Below, one piece after another: positions 35,746 to 40,683 of a DNA stretch of 40,683 bases. This DNA comes from an uncultured Oscillospiraceae bacterium (lineage in GTDB: Bacteria > Bacillota > Clostridia > Oscillospirales > Acutalibacteraceae), in assembly GCA_900553525.1 (NCBI GenBank), contig USDZ01000001.1, forward strand, positions 1 through 40,683, given 5' to 3'. Under the pieces are notes generated by a model. The model saw only the letters and a program-made list of their open reading frames with translations. It made no database searches and was not told the DNA's origin. Every line of letters starts with the position of its first letter. Position 1 is the first letter of the stretch. The position numbers and the translations under genes are program-made.

Positions 35746-36302
35746 ATAGTGTAACCCTCCTTTTCAAGATACTCCCGAAGCTGATTGCGGCATCGGAAGA
35801 GCGTGGTTTTCACTTTGCTCTCGGACAGTGCAAAGCGTTTGGAGATGGCAGCGATGGAATCCAAATACCAGTACCGGCGTATAAAAATATTTCTTTTTTC
35901 TTCACCGGACGCGTTGAGAAATCCGTTAATGGCTTTACTTAAAGCCATATCATCCATGCGGCACTCGACATCATCTGGCACCGGAATACATTGTTCCATC
36001 TCTGCGCTGAGTTCGCATATAAAGGCGTTGCGTTTTAGGCGGCTGCGCTCACGGCAGCAATTCAAAGAAATATGGCGAGTGATCCGAGCCAGGTAAGCAT
36101 ATAGATAGCTTCTTGGCTCATGCGGCGGAATTGTGTTCCATGCTTCCACATAGGTGTCGTTTTCGCATTCTTCGGCTGTTTGCCGGTCATGGATTATCCC
36201 ATATGACAAAGAGCGTAAACGGTTTCCGAACTTTTCGGAAGTCTGCTTAATAGCTCTTTCGTCACGGCACAAGTACAGCTCAACGATTTGATTATCGTCC
36301 AA
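35742..36302 (-). CDS. Sigma-70 family (ECF-like) RNA polymerase sigma factor
   Basis: Region 2 ECENDTYVEAWNTIPP...YLYAYLARITRHISLN and region 4 HTH IAAISKRFALSESKVKTTLFRCRNQLREYL. TTG start 8 nt after AGGAGG. Confidence 0.85.
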   Translation of the reverse strand: MDDNQIVELYLCRDERAIKQTSEKFGNRLRSLSYGIIHDRQTAEECENDTYVEAWNTIPPHEPRSYLYAYLARITRHISLNCCRERSRLKRNAFICELSAEMEQCIPVPDDVECRMDDMALSKAINGFLNASGEEKRNIFIRRYWYLDSIAAISKRFALSESKVKTTLFRCRNQLREYLEKEGYTI

Positions 36303-36379
36303 CGCTTTCGCCTCCTTTCTTTTTGTATTGAAAGGCCTTCACCCACATAAGCACCGTTTAGGGTGTGGAGGTTACACTG

Positions 36380-36408
36380 TTTAAAAAATTATAACATAAT
36401 TTTTTAAA
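36380..36408. repeat. Perfect 29-bp palindrome TTTAAAAAATTAT-aac-ATAATTTTTTAAA in the sigma-factor upstream region
   Basis: The 13-bp arms are perfectly complementary. The palindrome overlaps a TGTTATAAT extended -10 on the minus strand, ~80 nt upstream of the sigma start. Confidence 0.9.
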
Positions 36409-36613
36409 TACTTTGACATCAGTCGCAGCTACCATTTGCTTTTTCCCGTTTGCTTGCCGCTTTCCGGCATTTTTTCGCTGTATGGTACAGTCAAGCGAAA
36501 GCCCTGTCCGCCTTTTTCAAAAGATCAGCCCACTTTGCCCTCTCATTCTCTATGGGATGGATTTGATATAGGTATACTCGAACCGTAAATAAATCTGTTG
36601 CCTTCCATTACGG

Positions 36614-36657
36614 ACAAAAAAATACCGGGTAGTCGGCTTTAATACCGAACACCCGAC
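36614..36657 (-). terminator. Probable terminator after the RHH gene
   Basis: Minus-strand UCGGGU...ACCCGG stem enclosing UCGG/CCGA, followed by UAUUUUUUU. Confidence 0.45.
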
Positions 36658-36732
36658 ATTTTGTTTCAACCCCGTTTACTTTCTCATGAGTACCCATAGA
36701 ATCCCGCGGTGTCTGAAAGAAAAGACAGCAGT

Positions 36733-36912
36733 CTATCGGGCTTTCATGAGTTCTCCGTATATCCGGTCGATTCCCCGGCGCAGGATCTCAGAGCGGCTTG
36801 TCTTTAGAAGGCGGCAGCAGACATCCAGCTTGCCGATCGTTTCGGCGTCTATCCGTGTGCGAACGACAAACTCCTTTTGATGCCGATAGGTTTTCCATGT
36901 CTTTTTCTCCAC
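36733..36912 (-). CDS. Ribbon-helix-helix (CopG-like) small DNA-binding protein, 59 aa; not in the ORF track
   Basis: From GTG 36912 (GGGAAGGGA upstream): VEKKTWKTYRHQKEFVVRTRIDAETIGKLDVCCRLLKTSRSEILRRGIDRIYGELMKAR. It shows a beta-strand/helix/helix pattern with the typical S-R-S-E-I-L-R-x-G-I helix. TTGACA lies upstream. Confidence 0.55.
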   Translation of the reverse strand: MEKKTWKTYRHQKEFVVRTRIDAETIGKLDVCCRLLKTSRSEILRRGIDRIYGELMKAR

Positions 36913-37042
36913 CAGCTCTATCCCTTCCCTATTGACCGAATTCCATATAACACTATTCCGAATATTCCTCGCTTGTCAAGTGAACATATTTCACTTATGG
37001 GTATCAACAATTATTTGAGAGGAAAAAACCGACGCCACTTTT

Positions 37043-38005
37043 CTAAACAGACGCGTTGCACAGTAAGGTATCCGCCTCATTTTCCGTCCTCATCTCGGCC
37101 AGGAAAGCCCCCGCCTGAAAAGCCGCTATCGCACCGTCAGCCGTAGCCGTCACAATTTGACGAAGCGGCTTGGCACGGCAGTCCCCGGCTGCAAAAACCC
37201 CCTCTATATTGGTTCGGCAGTCTTCTCCTGCCAGGATATACCCGGCTTTATCCAGAGCGACCGACGGGGAGAAAAGGCCGTTGTCGGGTTCATATCCAAT
37301 GGCAATAAAAACGGCTGAAGCTGTGACGGGAACGGTTTCTCCGGTTTTGTCGTCCCGGATTAAAACCATATTCACCGTATCATCCCCCTGAATTTTCACC
37401 ACAGTAGTATGATACAATACTCGAATACGCGGATGCTCCAAAACCGCTTGAGCCAAGCGTTTCTCCCCACGAAAGGAACCGCGGCGATGTACTAATGTAA
37501 CGCCGCTGCATATTTTAGCGAGATAAAGTGAATCCTCCAGTGCCGTATTCCCTCCCCCGACTAGAACGACTTCTTGATTTTTGAAAAAAGCGCCGTCACA
37601 GGTCGCACAATAGGATACGCCCCTGCCGGTAAACGCTTCCTCTCCCGGACAGCCGAGACGGCGCCGCTTCGCGCCATTGGCTACGATGACAGTCCGGCCC
37701 TCATAGCGGGCTTTCGACGTCATTACCGCCTTACGCTTACTTTTGAATGAAACCTTCTGTACCTCCTCAAAAAGTATCTGTGCTCCAAATCCCACCGCCT
37801 GCTCATACATATTCTGAGATAAATCGGGACCGGTCGTACGTAGCACACCCGGGTAGTTTTCCACTTCCGGTGTGATCGCCATCTGGCCCCCATAAAACCC
37901 TTTATCCAAAACTGTGGCCGTCCACCCGGCCCGGCAGACATACATGGCCGCCGTCAAGCCGGCGGGACCCGCTCCGATGATCAGGACATCGCTTATCTGT
38001 TCCAT
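37043..38005 (-). CDS. trxB: Thioredoxin-disulfide reductase
   Basis: FAD motif IIGAGPAGLTAA, redox CATCDG, NADPH motif VGGGNTALE, and GDC near the C-terminus. Confidence 0.9.
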   Translation of the reverse strand: MEQISDVLIIGAGPAGLTAAMYVCRAGWTATVLDKGFYGGQMAITPEVENYPGVLRTTGPDLSQNMYEQAVGFGAQILFEEVQKVSFKSKRKAVMTSKARYEGRTVIVANGAKRRRLGCPGEEAFTGRGVSYCATCDGAFFKNQEVVLVGGGNTALEDSLYLAKICSGVTLVHRRGSFRGEKRLAQAVLEHPRIRVLYHTTVVKIQGDDTVNMVLIRDDKTGETVPVTASAVFIAIGYEPDNGLFSPSVALDKAGYILAGEDCRTNIEGVFAAGDCRAKPLRQIVTATADGAIAAFQAGAFLAEMRTENEADTLLCNASV

Positions 38006-38079
38006 TTGTGTCGCCTCCCTGTTATTCCCCGTTTATTTTTAGTATAAGCAAGCCCAAAGAAGAATATGTTTTTATAACA

Positions 38080-38106
38080 TTAGCACTCTAGTTTATAGAG
38101 TGCTAA
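38080..38106. promoter_or_regulatory. Perfect CIRCE operator (HrcA binding site) TTAGCACTC-N9-GAGTGCTAA
   Basis: Exact match to the CIRCE consensus, in the divergent trxB/hsp20 intergenic region. Confidence 0.9.
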
Positions 38107-38108
38107 TG

Positions 38109-38137
38109 TTTACATTTTATTCATTTTTAATTATAAG
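38109..38137 (+). promoter_or_regulatory. Putative hsp20 promoter TTTACA-17-TATAAG, abutting CIRCE
   Basis: TTTACA at 38109-38114 and TATAAG at 38132-38137. Confidence 0.4.
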
Positions 38138-38260
38138 CTTTGTCACAAATTCCGGATAAACTAAGAATTGTTCAAGAAAACAGATGGAAGGCGAATCCCA
38201 TGGAGTATGGTAACGCAGTAAAACACAAAACTAGAATTTAACAAAACGGAGGTATGACTT

Positions 38261-38692
38261 ATGTTTGATCTGATTCCTTTTGGACGCAATGAACGCAACC
38301 TGTTTCAATATCTGGATGATGTCGAAAAGAATCTCTTTGATGGATTAGACTCCCGTGTATCCCGATTCCGCACCGATATTCTAGATAAGGGCGACCGATA
38401 TGTTCTCGAGGCAGAACTCCCTGGGTTCCGAAAAGAAGACATCCATCTCGACCTGGATGGCGACACGCTGACCATCCATGCAGAACACACGGATGAAAAA
38501 GAAGAAAAGGACGACAAAAAACAGTACGTCCGTCGCGAACGCCGTTACGGTTCGTTTTCCCGCAGTTTTGATATTTCCGGCATTAAATCGGATCAAATCG
38601 CCGCGTCTTACGAAAATGGTGTTTTGAAATTGGATTTGCCGAAGTCCGAACCCGCTCCGCTTCCGACTTCCCGTCGGATTGAAATCCGCTGA
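38261..38692 (+). CDS. Hsp20/alpha-crystallin family small heat-shock protein
   Basis: DILDKGDRYVLEAELPGFRKEDIHLDLDGDTLTI...ERRYGSFSRSF...ASYENGVLKLDLPK. Confidence 0.9.
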   Translation: MFDLIPFGRNERNLFQYLDDVEKNLFDGLDSRVSRFRTDILDKGDRYVLEAELPGFRKEDIHLDLDGDTLTIHAEHTDEKEEKDDKKQYVRRERRYGSFSRSFDISGIKSDQIAASYENGVLKLDLPKSEPAPLPTSRRIEIR

Positions 38693-38705
38693 CATCTGAC
38701 ATCTA

Positions 38706-38745
38706 AAAAGCCCGGGCCATCCACACAGATGGCCCGGGCTTTGCG
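38706..38745. terminator. Bidirectional terminator between hsp20 and the hydrolase gene
   Basis: AAAGCCCGGGCCATC-cacaca-GATGGCCCGGGCTTT, a 15-bp perfect stem flanked by A/T runs. Confidence 0.8.
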
Positions 38746-38788
38746 AATTGTTGTAGTGTCTCCACCTGTTCTTTCGGGTGCTGCAGAT

Positions 38789-39730
38789 TCATCTTTTGTT
38801 TTCCTCATGTTGCTTAATCCAATCGGTCAAATCCGAGACGACCTCGTCTCGATTTCGTTCATTGTGCAGTTCATGGCGTGCGCCCTCGTATAGTTTGAGG
38901 GTCACATCCCGTACCCTCGACTTCTTTAGCCAGCCTGCCACCTTTCGGGGACCTTCGCCAAACTGGCCTACCGGATCCTGATCTCCCGACATAATAAGAA
39001 TGGGCAGATTTTTAGGCACCCGATCGCTCCAGCGGAGTCCATTGACGTTCTTGAGCAAGCAGAAGAGATCCCGAAATCCGGCGTTGGTAAAGATAAAGTT
39101 CGCCTTGGGATCCTCTGCGAAAGCCTTGTAGACTTCCGGATCCCGACTGAGCCATTCGAGTCCCGAACTGGACTTCTCTTCTACACGGTCGAGATACCCT
39201 CTGTGCGCCAGCTTATCGATGAGCTTTCCTGGTTTTTTCCCCTGTCCCAAAATACAAAGAAAATGGACCAGCGCAAGCCCGAAACCCATACCCGGAACCG
39301 GCCCCGAAGTCCCCCAGCAGATATACCCTGCCATCCCCTCTCCATGCCGGGCCACATAACCTCTCGTAATGAAGGAACCCATGCTGTGTCCCAGCAAGAA
39401 CAAAGGAAGGCCAGGAAAGCGCTTTTCGAGTTCACAGCGCATCTTATGTTCATCCTCAATCAGATGGTTCCATCCGTCGTGTTTCCCAAAATAGCCCAGA
39501 TCGTCCTCAGTTCCAGCCGTCCGTCCATGTCCCAGGTGATCGTCCCCACATACCGCAAATCCTTTATCGCAAAGTTGTCCGGCCAGCCAGGCGTACCGGC
39601 CGATATGCTCCGCCATACCATGGCAGATCTGAATAACGCCAACGGGCCGACCTTCCGGCTCCCAGAGAGTGGCATATACCATTGTTCTGCCATCCGAACT
39701 CAAAAAAGACAGTTCCGTTTGTGCCGCCAT
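38789..39730 (-). CDS. Alpha/beta hydrolase (lysophospholipase/monoacylglycerol lipase-like)
   Basis: HGMAEH oxyanion region, nucleophile elbow GHSMGS, and a C-terminal Asp/His (GDQDP, HE). I prefer ATG 39730 over GTG 39751. Confidence 0.85.
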   Translation of the reverse strand: MAAQTELSFLSSDGRTMVYATLWEPEGRPVGVIQICHGMAEHIGRYAWLAGQLCDKGFAVCGDDHLGHGRTAGTEDDLGYFGKHDGWNHLIEDEHKMRCELEKRFPGLPLFLLGHSMGSFITRGYVARHGEGMAGYICWGTSGPVPGMGFGLALVHFLCILGQGKKPGKLIDKLAHRGYLDRVEEKSSSGLEWLSRDPEVYKAFAEDPKANFIFTNAGFRDLFCLLKNVNGLRWSDRVPKNLPILIMSGDQDPVGQFGEGPRKVAGWLKKSRVRDVTLKLYEGARHELHNERNRDEVVSDLTDWIKQHEENKR

Positions 39731-39862
39731 TTTTTCCAGCCCCTTTTCCACCTAAGATTACTTGAGTATACACCGTTCCGGACGACTTGACAATCCACCG
39801 TTCTATTCTGCCGGGACTAAAATAAAGGTTTCTCCTTGACAGATTAAATTTCGAAAAAAGAC

Positions 39863-39891
39863 TTGACAATCCCCTATAGACCCGATATAAT
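39863..39891 (+). promoter_or_regulatory. Consensus sigma-70 promoter of the tRNA gene (TTGACA-17-TATAAT)
   Basis: TTGACA at 39863-39868 and TATAAT at 39886-39891, ~35 nt upstream of the tRNA 5' end. Confidence 0.7.
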
Positions 39892-39925
39892 AGTTCACGT
39901 TGTCGAGATGGTTAATACCATATAT

Positions 39926-40012
39926 GCGGATATGGCGGAATTGGCAGACGCGCTAGATTCAGGTTCTAGTCGGGGCAACTCGGTGGAGGTTCAAGTCCTC
40001 TTATCCGCACCA
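39926..40012 (+). tRNA. tRNA-Leu (anticodon CAG), class II with a long variable arm and an encoded CCA
   Basis: Acceptor GCGGATA/TATCCGC, anticodon stem CTAGA/TCTAG with loop TTCAGGT, T-arm GGAGG-TTCAAGT-CCTCT, and a 3' ACCA. Confidence 0.9.
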
Positions 40013-40020
40013 TTAAAAAA

Positions 40021-40048
40021 GCATCGGCTTTTGCCGATGCTTTTTTTT
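40021..40048 (+). terminator. Rho-independent terminator after tRNA-Leu
   Basis: GCATCGGC-tttt-GCCGATGC followed by TTTTTTTT. Confidence 0.85.
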
Positions 40049-40335
40049 AATGAAATTCGTTTCCTGCGGAATGAGTGAAATATCTTTGATATAAAATATT
40101 GGAACACTCTTTTATCCGTTTTCTCCTCCTCTCAGCCGGTGTTCCTTGTCAACTGTACACGGCAGTTTAAAGAGTTCGTGCGGAAGTGGTTTGACGCTTT
40201 TTATCTTCGTCGCCCTGTGGCTCCTGCTGCTGTGAAAAAACTGGCGTATGCCGCATCTTTTATTGGCGTACCCCTTTCAACCACAGAAAATCAATGTGTA
40301 GAATATATTTTTTATCTTTTTACATTAAAAATCTA

Positions 40336-40364
40336 TTGACAAACATTAAAGTTCATGATATGCT
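40336..40364 (+). promoter_or_regulatory. Putative promoter TTGACA-17-TATGCT
   Basis: TTGACA at 40336-40341 and TATGCT at 40359-40364, 30 nt upstream of ATG 40394. Confidence 0.5.
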
Positions 40365-40393
40365 TTCATCATCAAATAACCTTGGAGGGATCG

Positions 40394-40683
40394 ATGATGA
40401 AAGGAATCGTAAAAGCTGCAAAAATAGCCACTAAGATCGTTGAAGTATTTCATTGGGTGGGAACCGCCTTGATGCTGGCGGCAACCGTATGCTCGCTTGC
40501 GGCGCCAGCATGGGTAAAGTATTTTGTAGGCATTAATGCCAAAGAATGTTGCGGTGCTGAGCTGAATGTATATGGGTTTGAGGTCATTGCTCCAGTGAAA
40601 AATGGCAGCGTTGACATGAAAGCGCTGTTTTTGTTCGGCATTGGCGCGGTTATTATTCTTTCTCTTATGGCAATGGTCTTCAG
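40394..40683 (+). CDS. Hypothetical membrane protein, 5' part; runs off the right edge
   Basis: GGAGGG lies 4 nt before ATGATG. Translation: MMKGIVKAAKIATKIVEVFHWVGTALMLAATVCSLAAPAW...LFLFGIGAVIILSLMAMVF, with two hydrophobic spans and no stop before the window ends. Confidence 0.55.
   Translation, partial: MMKGIVKAAKIATKIVEVFHWVGTALMLAATVCSLAAPAWVKYFVGINAKECCGAELNVYGFEVIAPVKNGSVDMKALFLFGIGAVIILSLMAMVF

Noticed and set aside
36543-36697. Minus-strand ATG ORF downstream of the RHH gene that looked like a possible toxin partner (MGTHEKVNGVETKCRVFGIKADYPVFF...)
   Set aside because: Recounting the homopolymer gives 7 T, not 8, so the frame stops after 29 codons (…VFFCP*). Only a +1 frameshift would extend it to ~51 aa. 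There is no RBS, and the T-run is better explained as the terminator U-tract of the RHH gene.
36686-36880. Listed 64-aa plus-strand ORF
   Set aside because: The opposite strand encodes a much more protein-like ribbon-helix-helix frame (36733-36912). The plus-strand product is Arg/Ser-rich and has no RBS.
40139-40339. 66-aa GTG-initiated plus-strand ORF after the tRNA
   Set aside because: It is preceded by CTCCTCC (an anti-SD sequence), has no RBS, has odd composition, and ends inside the promoter of the next gene.
1-40683. Search for CRISPR arrays, rRNA, IS elements, integrases, phage or conjugation genes, and long tandem repeats
   Set aside because: I found no regularly spaced repeats, terminal inverted repeats with a transposase, or recombinase motifs. 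The AT-richer modules therefore have no visible mobility genes in this window.

Overview
Chromosomal segment from a moderately GC-rich Gram-positive anaerobe. The gene content looks Clostridia-like: AGGAGG-type ribosome-binding sites (RBS), a feoA-feoA-feoB operon with a Cys-rich peptide, a CIRCE-controlled hsp20, and a LytTR/GHKL pair. I support about 38 protein-coding genes (two are partial at the window edges, four are below the 60-aa ORF-track cut-off), one tRNA-Leu(CAG), and several promoters, terminators and operator-like repeats.

Backbone genes: tgt (partial), MarR plus a heterodimeric ABC exporter, pepF, a minus-strand run cca-prfC-arsC-like-mutY-dCMP deaminase-SDR, the Feo operon with a DtxR-type regulator, yjbQ-arsC/Spx-like-MIF tautomerase, phasin-like plus ABC1/UbiB kinase, a Gfo/Idh/MocA oxidoreductase, trxB, hsp20 and an alpha/beta hydrolase.

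Accessory-looking modules, which look more AT-rich by eye (not computed):
1. An OmpR-type regulator, a terminator, an ABC-2 transporter, a hairpin and a single-TM mini histidine kinase (21.3-24.9 kb).
2. A LytTR regulator, an AgrC-type kinase with no transmembrane segment, and two fused ABC exporters, with a canonical LytTR box in front of the exporters (27.4-33.0 kb). This is my best candidate for an undescribed signalling/export system.
3. An unlisted ribbon-helix-helix gene, a 29-bp perfect palindrome, an ECF-like sigma factor and a translationally coupled 405-aa membrane protein (34.5-36.9 kb).

I recognised no CRISPR array, rRNA, transposase, integrase or phage gene. All family assignments come from motif recognition by eye and need HMM/BLAST confirmation.
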